A stretch of DNA of 64,000 bases from Anaerolineae bacterium. Lineage in GTDB: Bacteria; Chloroflexota; Anaerolineae; Aggregatilineales; Ch27. Made by a program: the position numbers and the translations under genes. Shown here one piece after another: positions 1-8,094 of this stretch (position 1 is the stretch's first letter; every line of letters begins with the position of its first letter). The stretch covers positions 7,168 to 71,167 of the forward strand of contig JABLXG010000007.1 in NCBI GenBank assembly GCA_013178165.1. The letters run 5' to 3'. The notes under the pieces are model-generated. The model had not been told where the DNA came from. It did no database searches and worked only from the letters and a program-made list of their open reading frames with translations.

Positions 1-135
1 GTTTAGCATTCTTCGCAACCTTTGCAAACCGCCCCTGAGGGCCAGGTGATGTGATTTTAGGAATTCTTAAGTTGGCGTCCTGTTCTTCTGCAGGCACGGC
101 CTCGCCGGGCACAAGTGAACCATCAGGAGGATGGC

Positions 136-984
136 ATGATTGACGCGGAACGGACGACAGTCGCTTACGGCGATGTGGTGCTGTTTGTGAGCAAAGATCG
201 CAAGACATTCCTGCGCTTGCTGACACCGGGGGGGCGGTTGCAGACACATTACGGATTCATCGACTTTGATTCCGTGATCGGGCTGCCCTTTGGCAGCCGG
301 TTAAAGACACACCTTGACCAGGATATCTGGATGCTGGCGCCGAATATCGACGACCTGATCCGCTATATGCGCCGCGAGACGCAGATCATCTTCCCCAAGG
401 ACCTGGGATACATCCTGCTCAAGCTGGGGATTCGCCCCGGCGTGCAGGTAATTGAGGCGGGCACTGGCAGCGGCGGGCTGACCACCGCACTGGCGATCAT
501 GGTCGGGCCAACAGGGCGGGTCTATAGCTACGAACGGCGTGCCCGGATGCAGAACCTGGCCCGCCAGAACCTGGAAAGGCTGGGTCTGCTGGATCGGGTC
601 ACCCTGATCGAGCGCGATATCGCCGAGGGGTTCGACCAGCAGGGGGTGCATGCAGTCTTTCTGGATGTCCATGATCCCTGGATGTACCTGGCACAGGCTC
701 ACGCGGCATTGCGGGGGGGCGGTTTCCTGGGCTGTATCGTCCCGACGCTGAACCAGGTTGTGGAGCTGAATCAGGCCCTGCACAGCCGGCTGTGGTTTCT
801 GGTGGAAGTGGAGGAATTGCTCCTGCGCCAGTACAAGACGTTGCCCCGACGTGTTCGACCGGATGAGCAGATGGTCGGGCACACGGGCTTCCTGATCTTT
901 GCGCGGGCGATCACGGGAGCTGACGGAGGAGAAGGACCGGAGGAGATCGACCTCTGGGACGATAGCCGGGCCTCGGATGAGTGA
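136..984 (+). CDS. trmI: tRNA (adenine-N1)-methyltransferase, TrmI/GCD14 family
   Basis: ORF 115..984. It has the class-I SAM-binding loop VIEAGTGSGGLTTALA and a TrmI-like N-terminal domain (GDVVLFVSKDRKTFL). AGGAGG at 125-130 lies 5 nt before ATG 136, so 136 is preferred over GTG 115. Confidence 0.85.
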   Translation: MIDAERTTVAYGDVVLFVSKDRKTFLRLLTPGGRLQTHYGFIDFDSVIGLPFGSRLKTHLDQDIWMLAPNIDDLIRYMRRETQIIFPKDLGYILLKLGIRPGVQVIEAGTGSGGLTTALAIMVGPTGRVYSYERRARMQNLARQNLERLGLLDRVTLIERDIAEGFDQQGVHAVFLDVHDPWMYLAQAHAALRGGGFLGCIVPTLNQVVELNQALHSRLWFLVEVEELLLRQYKTLPRRVRPDEQMVGHTGFLIFARAITGADGGEGPEEIDLWDDSRASDE

Positions 985-1069
985 TCGTGCGTGGTGCTGG
1001 GTACAGACAGCGGGTGATCTGCTTGACCACCCGCTGTGCAGTGCTTCGACAACTGTGAGAGGGGAAGCG

Positions 1070-1720
1070 CTATTCTTCCTCCTCTTCCTCCTTGCCGCGG
1101 CGGATGACTTCCACTTCGCCAGCAGCTTCCACGGGGCCTTCCAGCTCTTCCTCTTCCGGACGGGTGGCGTACTCCAGACGAACCAGCACTTCGGTTGGCT
1201 CCATCAGGATCGTCACGCCTTCGGGGACCTCGAGGTCGGCCACTGTCAGGAAATCGCCAATTTCTGCCAGCCGCGCCACATTCAGTTCCAGATGGGCAGG
1301 AATGTTGGTTGGTAGCGCCTCGATCTCGATCAGGACGCTCTCCGTAGCCACGATCGCTTCACCGGAGCGAACCATCTCAGGCACGCCCACAGTGACGAAG
1401 GGCACCTCGGTGCGGATCTGGGTGTCCAGGGACACGGCATGGAAGTCGACGTGCAGGATGTCATTGCTCAGTACATCCCGCTGCACTTCGCGGACGAGCA
1501 CGGTGTGCTTATCCGCACCAACGGTGATCTCGATCAGGCCGGTGCCGCCAGCCCGGCGGAGCACGGTGCGCAGGTTATCGACGGGCACCTGGATGTTGAC
1601 GGCCTGCTCCAGCTTCTGCCCGTAGATCACCGCGGGAATCCAGTCCATCGCGCGCAATTGTTTGACCTTCTTGCCGGTGATCGTCCGGGGTTGGGCTTCC
1701 AGAGTGATAATCTCGGTCAT
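1070..1720 (-). CDS. rplY: 50S ribosomal protein L25, long Ctc form
   Basis: N-terminus LEAQPRTITGKKVKQLRAMDWIPAVIYGQ is the L25/Ctc signature. The 216-aa length and acidic C-terminal tail (EEEEEE) are typical of Ctc-type L25. GGGAGAG lies about 10 nt upstream of the ATG. Confidence 0.9.
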   Translation of the reverse strand: MTEIITLEAQPRTITGKKVKQLRAMDWIPAVIYGQKLEQAVNIQVPVDNLRTVLRRAGGTGLIEITVGADKHTVLVREVQRDVLSNDILHVDFHAVSLDTQIRTEVPFVTVGVPEMVRSGEAIVATESVLIEIEALPTNIPAHLELNVARLAEIGDFLTVADLEVPEGVTILMEPTEVLVRLEYATRPEEEELEGPVEAAGEVEVIRRGKEEEEEE

Positions 1721-2271
1721 GGTTTTGGTTCTCTCCCTGCAGAGTGTTCTGCTGCCTGTGTAACCACGTGTTCCGGGTCAATCGGATGCCAGACGGACCC
1801 GCTCCGGATGGGCGGGCCGCAAATACAGGCCGCTCATGCTGAGGCCGCCGGGTGGCGGGGCAGCAGGAGCCATGGCTACCGGACACGCTGGCCGGATTCG
1901 GCTGGGCCGGACGGCAGGGCAGTTCGCCCCGGTCAACAGGCGCAACCGCAGCGGAGTGAGCCGCAGTGTACCGGGAACACGGTTTCGGCCTGGGGTTTGA
2001 CGTCTTTGCTGGCGCAATCCAGCGCTGGCCATGGCCGCCGTCCGCGACGCGCAGGAAGCATGTCCGGTGATCAGCCGCTGGCCTGACCCCGCCATTCTAG
2101 CGATCGGCTGGCCTGCCGTCAATGGCTGGTTGGCGCTTTCCAGCCACCGTTCCGGGCGGAGCAAGCCACAACTGGCTTTGCTGGTTGGAACCAGGACGCC
2201 CGCTGCCAAGCGCCCACAGGCTGGTTATACTTCACCGGAGAGCGACACACCGGGAGACTCAGGTGGCAACG

Positions 2272-3420
2272 ATGGATCAACAGATCAGGGATATCATCCA
2301 GCACATTCACGATTCGCCCGTGCAGGCTGTTCTGGTGGCAAGCGGCGGCGGCAGCCAGGCGCTGGCCTGGTTGATGAGCGTGCCAGGAGCCACACGGACG
2401 GTGCTGGAGGTTACACTGCCCTACAGCCACCCATCGTTTGAGCGATTCCTGGGGAAGCGCCCGGCGCACTTCGTGGCGCGGGAGACGGCGATACAGATGG
2501 CCGCCATCGCCTACCGGCGGGCGCGGATCCTGGCTCCGGAAGGCACGCCGGCGATCGGGCTGGCCTGCACGGCGGCGCTGGTGACCGACCGGCCTCGACG
2601 CGGTGAGGATCGCTGCCATGTGGCGGTGCGCGATGAGCGCCGGATCACCACCTATGCGCTGGTTCTACAGAAAGGCAGCCGCGACCGGGGCGAGGAAGAG
2701 GATATCGTCAGCCGGCTGGTGATCCGGGCGCTGGCGGAAGCCTGTGGGTGTGCTCAGCCGGTAGCGCTGCCTCTGCTTCCATCAGAACGTGTTGAGGTAA
2801 GCTACGAGGACGCGCCAGACCCGGTGCTCAAGGTGTTGCGGGGGGAACTGCCCGCCATCCTGATCGAGCTGAATGGGCAGGTCAGTACCGAGTTACCGCG
2901 TGATGTAGCGGTCCTGCCGGGCGCATTCAACCCGCTCCATGGCGGCCATACTCAGCTGGCGCATATGGCCGGGCAGTTGACCGGACGGCGGGTGATCTTT
3001 GAGCTTTCAGTGCTGAATGTGGACAAGCCGCCCCTACTGGAGGCGGACATTCGCCAGCGACTGGAGCAGTTTTACGGCCATGGCGCTATTGCCGTGACGA
3101 CCACGCCGTTGTTCGAACAGAAAGCGCGGCTCTTCCCCGGCAGTGTGTTTGTGGTTGGCTATGATACGGCTACCCGTCTGGTCAGCCCACGCTACTATGG
3201 CGGCGACGCAGGCGCGATGCTGGCCGCACTGGAATCGATCCGCGACAGAGGATGCCGCTTCCTGGTCGCCGGGCGTCTCTTTGAGGGTCGGCTGCATACG
3301 CTGGATGATGTGCCGGTGCCTGAGGAATTCGCCGGGATGTTCACCGCGATCCCGGCGGAGGTCTTCCGCGTGGATATTTCGTCGACCGCGCTGCGCGAGC
3401 AGGCCAGCGGCGGGTTGTAA
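2272..3420 (+). CDS. NMN/NaMN adenylyltransferase-like nucleotidyltransferase fused to an N-terminal CinA-C/PncC-like domain
   Basis: The C-terminal half carries both nucleotidyltransferase signatures: GAFNPLHGGH (HxGH type, about nt 2920-2950) and ISSTALR (ISSTxxR type). The N-terminal roughly 165 aa (VLVASGGGSQALAWLMSVPGATRTVLEVTLPYS...IGLACTAALVTDRPRRGEDRCHVAV) matches the motif spacing of PncC/CinA C-terminal domains. ATG 2272 is preferred over the ORF-track start 2122, whose upstream part is Arg/Pro-rich junk. Confidence 0.6.
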   Translation: MDQQIRDIIQHIHDSPVQAVLVASGGGSQALAWLMSVPGATRTVLEVTLPYSHPSFERFLGKRPAHFVARETAIQMAAIAYRRARILAPEGTPAIGLACTAALVTDRPRRGEDRCHVAVRDERRITTYALVLQKGSRDRGEEEDIVSRLVIRALAEACGCAQPVALPLLPSERVEVSYEDAPDPVLKVLRGELPAILIELNGQVSTELPRDVAVLPGAFNPLHGGHTQLAHMAGQLTGRRVIFELSVLNVDKPPLLEADIRQRLEQFYGHGAIAVTTTPLFEQKARLFPGSVFVVGYDTATRLVSPRYYGGDAGAMLAALESIRDRGCRFLVAGRLFEGRLHTLDDVPVPEEFAGMFTAIPAEVFRVDISSTALREQASGGL

Positions 3421-3432
3421 AAGGGAAGGACC

Positions 3433-4353
3433 ATGGGGATTCTCGCAACGCATCCTTACGTGGCGGCATGGTACCGCGCCAGCCGCCCGCGCACGCTGAC
3501 CGCCACCTATGCCCCGCTGGGATTGGCAGCGGCCATCGCCCTGGACGATGGCGTGTTCGAGGCTGGGCGGTTTGCGCTGGCGCTGATCGGTGCGCTCTTC
3601 CTGCAAATTGCCGCCAACCTGATCAATGAATACGCTGACTTCCGGCACGGGGCGGATGCGCTCAAGCAGGCCGGGCAGGGGATGGTGATCAAGCAGCGGG
3701 TGCTGACCCCGCGCGAGGTGCTTTGGGGGGCCATCCTGACGACGACTGCCGGCGTGATCATTGGTCTGGTGCTGCTGCTTCAGAGCGGCCCGCTGTTGTT
3801 GTGGATTGGATTAGGGGGCGTACTGGTCGTGATCACCTACACCGCCGGGCCATTCCCACTGGCGTATCACGGCCTGGGAGAAGCAGCTGTGTTTGTTTTC
3901 ATGGGGCCGCTGATGGTGCTGGGCGCCTATTACGCCATGTCTGGCGGCCAGACCAGCCTGACCCCGTTGCTGGCCGGGCTGCCGATCGGCTTCATGGTGG
4001 CAGCGATCCTGCACGCCAACAACATCCGCGATATGGATGCTGACCGTGCCGTCAATAAGCGCACGCTGGCGGTGATCTTTGGGCTGCGCGTGGCGCGGGT
4101 CGAGTACATTCTGCTGGTCGCCGGGTCATATGTGATGGTGGCAATGATGGTTATCGCCGGGGTGATGCCCTGGCCGACGCTGATTGTGCTGGTGACCGCG
4201 CCGGAAGCTTACCGCCTGATCCGCATCTTCACGACCAGCACCGACACGGCCCTGCTCCACCAGGGACAGGGGCGCACCGCCCGCCTGCATGGGCGGTTTG
4301 GGCTGTGGCTGATGATCGGCTGGTTAGTGACCGTGGTACTGGGTAGGCTTTAA
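3433..4353 (+). CDS. menA: 1,4-dihydroxy-2-naphthoate polyprenyltransferase (UbiA superfamily)
   Basis: MenA-like N-terminus WYRASRPRTLTATYAPLGLAAAIA. Asp-rich motifs NEYADFRHGAD and NNIRDMDADR. Polytopic hydrophobic profile. AAGGGAAGG lies just upstream, and the gene starts 12 nt after the preceding stop. Confidence 0.85.
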   Translation: MGILATHPYVAAWYRASRPRTLTATYAPLGLAAAIALDDGVFEAGRFALALIGALFLQIAANLINEYADFRHGADALKQAGQGMVIKQRVLTPREVLWGAILTTTAGVIIGLVLLLQSGPLLLWIGLGGVLVVITYTAGPFPLAYHGLGEAAVFVFMGPLMVLGAYYAMSGGQTSLTPLLAGLPIGFMVAAILHANNIRDMDADRAVNKRTLAVIFGLRVARVEYILLVAGSYVMVAMMVIAGVMPWPTLIVLVTAPEAYRLIRIFTTSTDTALLHQGQGRTARLHGRFGLWLMIGWLVTVVLGRL

Positions 4354-4458
4354 ACAGGGGCAATCAACAAAGGCCTCATGCCTGATCAGAGCAGCGGCGC
4401 ACAGGTCAAGCGCAGGGCAACCGACGGGCTGGCGGCGGGACGAATGCGATCGGGCCTC

Positions 4459-4467
4459 TGCTATAAT
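4459..4467 (+). promoter_or_regulatory. Extended -10 promoter candidate (TGcTATAAT) for the L,D-transpeptidase gene
   Basis: TG at 4459-4460 and consensus TATAAT at 4462-4467, about 33 nt upstream of ATG 4500, with AAGGAG at 4483-4488 in between. No good -35 was seen. Confidence 0.5.
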
Positions 4468-4499
4468 GAGGACAAAACCGCCAAGGAGTGCACCTGCCC

Positions 4500-6209
4500 A
4501 TGATCCGCCAGCGTCGCTCTCATGCCCCGCAGTCTTCTGGCCCCGTCCGGGTGCCGCCGCACCTCCAGCGCAGGCGGACTCCGGCCCCTGCTCGTGTCAT
4601 CCAGCCGCGCCCGCTGGTCTATGGGCGGCAATCGTCCCCCCTACGTTCGAATGTGAATGACCGATCTGCTGCCGGTTATGTCCATGGCGCTGCCCCTGCC
4701 AGGCGCAGACCTCCCCGCGCCCGCCAGCAGCGCCGCTGGCTACTGTGGGGCGTTGCCGTGCCCCTGGCGGTGATCCCGGCCCTGCTGATCATGTCTGTGG
4801 TGCTGCTGGGGCTGGGGCTGACGCTGGCCTACGCGGGACGGGTCTTCCCGCAGGTGATGGTAGCGGGTGTCCCGGTGGGCGGTCTAACACAGGCGGAAGC
4901 CGCCCAAACGCTCAGCCATGCCTGGGGAACCGTGCTGTTGCGCGATGGTGAGCGTGTCTGGCCGGTTGAAGCTACGGCGCTGGGCGTAACGCTCGACACA
5001 GAGGCGACGGCCGCCCGCGCGCTGGCTCACGGGCGCGGACGCGGCGGACGGCTGGACGGCTTGCTCCGTCCGTCGAATATTGGTCCTGTGCTGGTGATTG
5101 ATGAGTCAGTCGCCCGCGCTGGTCTGACCTCGCTGGCTCCACAGGTAGCTCTGGCGCCGGTCAACGCTGGCGTGCGCCTGGTTAATGGTCGCGTGGAACC
5201 GACGCCACCGCGGGAGGGCCGCGCTCTGGACGTTGAGGCGACATTGCAGCGCCTGAGGACTGATGGTGCGCTGGCTGATGGTACGCTGGCGCTGGTCATG
5301 CAGCCGGTCGCGCCCGAAGTAGTCGACGCCACCCCGCTGGTCACGGCGGCGGAACGCCTGCTAAGCCAGCCGCTGGATATCCGGCTCTACGATCCGGTGA
5401 CCGGGGACATTGTCCACTGGACGTTGCCGCCGGAGCAGTGGGGGGCGTGGCTGGTAGCGGTGCCCGATCCGGGCCAGCCAATTGGCCTGGCGCTCAGCCT
5501 GCAGGAAGGAGCACTGGGAGATTATCTGCATGGGCAGGCCGCCGCGGCGCTTGATGCGTCCCGTTATTTGAAGATTGAGGAAGTCGTGGCGGCGGTGCAA
5601 GCTGGCCTGGCTAACGGGCAGCCCGCTGCTGATGCCCGCGTTTATCACCACGACCGGCAGCATACCGTCCAGCCCGGCGAGACACTGATCAGCATCGCCT
5701 GGGATTATGGCGTACCGTACCCCTGGATTCAGCAGGCTAACGGCGACCTGACCGGCGTTTCCGCCGGGCAGACGATCACGATTCCCTCGCCGGATACTTT
5801 TCTGGAATTCCCGGTGGTAGCCGATAAACGCATCGAGGTCAGCATTAGCCAGCAGCGTGTGCGCGTTTACGAGGGCGGCGCCCTGTTGTGGGACTGGCCG
5901 GCCAGCACCGGCATCGCCGACAGTCCCACCTGGCCGGGCATTTACCAGATCATCTCCCACGTCCCCAACGCTTATGCGGCTAACTGGAATCTGTATATGC
6001 CTTATTTTCTGGGAGTCTACCGGCCAATCCCCGGTGCGGATTTCACTAACGGGTTTCACGGCTTCCCCACACGCGGCGGCAGCCAGCTCCTGTGGACGAA
6101 CAGCCTGGGCCATCGCGTCACTTATGGCTGCATCCTAATTAGCACTCGCAACGCGGAACTGCTCTACAACTGGGCGCAGGAGGGCGTCGTGGTGGAGATC
6201 ACACCGTAA
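4500..6209 (+). CDS. L,D-transpeptidase (YkuD domain) with LysM domain, membrane anchored
   Basis: Arg/Pro-rich cytoplasmic tail followed by a TM helix (WLLWGVAVPLAVIPALLIMSVVLLGLGL). LysM motif HTVQPGETLISIAWDYGVPYPWIQQANGDL...GQTITIP. YkuD catalytic region GFHGFP...LGHRVTYGCILIS. AAGGAG at 4483-4488 favours ATG 4500 over GTG 4488. Confidence 0.85.
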   Translation: MIRQRRSHAPQSSGPVRVPPHLQRRRTPAPARVIQPRPLVYGRQSSPLRSNVNDRSAAGYVHGAAPARRRPPRARQQRRWLLWGVAVPLAVIPALLIMSVVLLGLGLTLAYAGRVFPQVMVAGVPVGGLTQAEAAQTLSHAWGTVLLRDGERVWPVEATALGVTLDTEATAARALAHGRGRGGRLDGLLRPSNIGPVLVIDESVARAGLTSLAPQVALAPVNAGVRLVNGRVEPTPPREGRALDVEATLQRLRTDGALADGTLALVMQPVAPEVVDATPLVTAAERLLSQPLDIRLYDPVTGDIVHWTLPPEQWGAWLVAVPDPGQPIGLALSLQEGALGDYLHGQAAAALDASRYLKIEEVVAAVQAGLANGQPAADARVYHHDRQHTVQPGETLISIAWDYGVPYPWIQQANGDLTGVSAGQTITIPSPDTFLEFPVVADKRIEVSISQQRVRVYEGGALLWDWPASTGIADSPTWPGIYQIISHVPNAYAANWNLYMPYFLGVYRPIPGADFTNGFHGFPTRGGSQLLWTNSLGHRVTYGCILISTRNAELLYNWAQEGVVVEITP

Positions 6210-6240
6210 CGGCGACGCCCCGATCAGGCAGATCACCCTC

Positions 6241-6281
6241 GGAAAAGATACGGGGACGGCTTGCCAGGAAACCGTCCCCGT
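6241..6281 (-). terminator. Intrinsic terminator candidate downstream of the gltD-like gene
   Basis: Perfect 10-bp GC-rich stem, ACGGGGACGG (6250-6259) pairing with CCGTCCCCGT (6272-6281), and a 12-nt loop. On the minus strand it is followed by ATCTTTTCC. It lies in the convergent gap between 6209 and 6305. Confidence 0.55.
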
Positions 6282-6304
6282 TGCAATCCAGGTCTCTGCC
6301 GCGC

Positions 6305-7774
6305 TCAGGACTGGCAGAGATACAGGTGAATAGACTCAGCGGCGTGCAGCCCGGCGCGGATGGCCGTCACGACCAGATCCGGCCCGGTGACAGCGTCGCC
6401 GCCAGCCCAGACGTTGGTCATGGTGGTTCTGCCGGTTTGCGGGTCAGCGACGATCAGCCCCCAGTCGCGCGTCTGTAGTTCGGGGTTCTGCTCGCCCAGG
6501 GTAGCGTCCGGCCAGTAACCCAGCGCCAGCGCAACAGTATCCGCCGGCTCCATGTACTCCGAGCCTTCGATGGCCACCGGCCGGCGCCGACCACTCGAAT
6601 CCGGTTCGCCCAGACGCATGCGGATGAATTCGATGCCGATCAGATTGCCGTCTTTGTCACCGATGAATCGTTTGGGCGCGGTCAGCCACTCAAAGCGGGC
6701 GCCTTCCTCACGAGCATTGGCGCGTTCCACCCGGCAACCGGGCATCTCCGCCTCGGTGCGGCGGTAGGCGCAGGTGACATCAAGCCTGTAGCCCTGAGCC
6801 TTCTGTAGCCGCAGGGCGGTACGGACACAGTCCATGGCGGTGTCACCGCCGCCAATCACAAACACCCGCCGTCCAACGACCGGTCTGCCACTCTCGGCCA
6901 GGTGGGTGGGCTGCAGTGGGCGGGGGACATTGGCCCGGATCAGGAATTCCCCTGCCTGGTAAACGCCCTTGAGGTTGGCGCCTTCCCAGTTGGCCGGAAC
7001 TTCCTTGTTGGCGCCTACAGCAACGTAGACCGCGTCATATTCCGTCGTAAGTTGACTGAGCGGGATGTCCCGGCCGATCCGGGTGTTGGGCACAAAGCGA
7101 ACACCGATCGTCTCCAGTTGTCTGACTTTGGCGGCAACGCGATCCTTGCTGAGCTTGAATGCGGGGATGCCATAGATGAGCAGGCCGCCGGGGAAAGGGT
7201 TAGCATCATAGACGGTCACGGCGTGGCCTTTGCGCCGCAGGCTCTCCGCGGCGGCCAGCCCTGACGGCCCACCGCCCACGATCGCTACGCGCTTGCCGGT
7301 ATCCGGGGCAACAGTGCCGAGGGGGATGCCTTCGGTAGCAATCTGGTAATCGATCACGAACTTCTCGATCTTGCCGATGCGCACGGGTTCGCCGCTGGTG
7401 CCGCCGCCATGCGTGCACGAGCCTTCGCACAGCCGTTCCTGTGGGCAAACGCGGGAGCAAATCTCCGGCATCGGACTGGTCTGGCGGTAGACATTGGCTG
7501 CCTCGATGAAACGGCCATTTTCCACCAGGCGCATGATGGTCGGGATGTCATTCCCCAGCGGGCATGCTTGCTGGCAGGGCGCCGGATCGGGGCACTGGAT
7601 GCAGCGCCCGGCCTCAATGCAGGCAATCTCCGCTTCGTAGTTGAGATAAATTTCGTCAAAATGCTCAAGGCGCTGGCTGGCGTCCTGCTTGGCGACGGGC
7701 TGCATGGGCTGGTAGGCGCGTGATTTGCGGTCGATATTCAGATCGGCTCGCTGGTCTGCCATGAACTTGTTCAT
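6305..7774 (-). CDS. Glutamate synthase small-subunit-like NAD(P)H oxidoreductase (GltD/NfnB/SudA family)
   Basis: Two N-terminal Fe-S cysteine clusters (CIQCPDPAPCQQACP and CSRVCPQERLCEGSC). FAD and NAD(P) Rossmann motifs VAIVGGGPSGLAAA and VFVIGGGDTAMDC. C-terminal VWAGGD. No large subunit is adjacent. The start is ambiguous between ATG 7774 and ATG 7762. Confidence 0.85.
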   Translation of the reverse strand: MNKFMADQRADLNIDRKSRAYQPMQPVAKQDASQRLEHFDEIYLNYEAEIACIEAGRCIQCPDPAPCQQACPLGNDIPTIMRLVENGRFIEAANVYRQTSPMPEICSRVCPQERLCEGSCTHGGGTSGEPVRIGKIEKFVIDYQIATEGIPLGTVAPDTGKRVAIVGGGPSGLAAAESLRRKGHAVTVYDANPFPGGLLIYGIPAFKLSKDRVAAKVRQLETIGVRFVPNTRIGRDIPLSQLTTEYDAVYVAVGANKEVPANWEGANLKGVYQAGEFLIRANVPRPLQPTHLAESGRPVVGRRVFVIGGGDTAMDCVRTALRLQKAQGYRLDVTCAYRRTEAEMPGCRVERANAREEGARFEWLTAPKRFIGDKDGNLIGIEFIRMRLGEPDSSGRRRPVAIEGSEYMEPADTVALALGYWPDATLGEQNPELQTRDWGLIVADPQTGRTTMTNVWAGGDAVTGPDLVVTAIRAGLHAAESIHLYLCQS

Positions 7775-7883
7775 CCTCCCGTGAGCACCCGATCACGACA
7801 GGCCTGATCAGGCTGGTGGTCGCAGTCTACTACTACCATAGGCGAAGGGCGACAATCTGGTAAGTGAAGGCTATCACATTTGT

Positions 7884-7922
7884 CCGGTTACCTATGGTTG
7901 GAATGGGTCGCCTGGTAACCGG
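7884..7922. promoter_or_regulatory. Perfect 9-bp inverted repeat in the divergent gltD-like/pfk intergenic region (possible operator or hairpin)
   Basis: CCGGTTACC (7884-7892) and GGTAACCGG (7914-7922), separated by 21 nt, within the 320-nt divergent promoter region. Confidence 0.3.
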
Positions 7923-8094
7923 CAGTGCGATCGATTTTCTTCAGAACTTCCATCGATTCTTGTATGGTTTGTCGTTGACGTTCGGCGTGTGAGATACTAA
8001 AACAATAAACCGGGTGGGTAAAGGCGATCTGCAGCCATGACCCACTCCGCTTGTTGATGACAACGGTTCGGAAATGGCCGAAGGGTAAGCCGAT

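Noticed and set aside
1008-1036. 9-bp hairpin (CAGCGGGTG/CACCCGCTG) in the convergent gap between trmI and rplY, and a similar 8-bp hairpin after acs (38548..38576)
   Set aside because: The stems are real, but neither strand has a U-tract and the loops are large. The evidence is too weak to call either an intrinsic terminator.
1990-2090. Possible SRP RNA domain IV-like sequence (GCAGGAAGCATGTCCGG)
   Set aside because: It bears only a loose resemblance to the CAGGUCCGGAAGGAAGCAGC core. I could not find the complementary strand motif or a closing helix.
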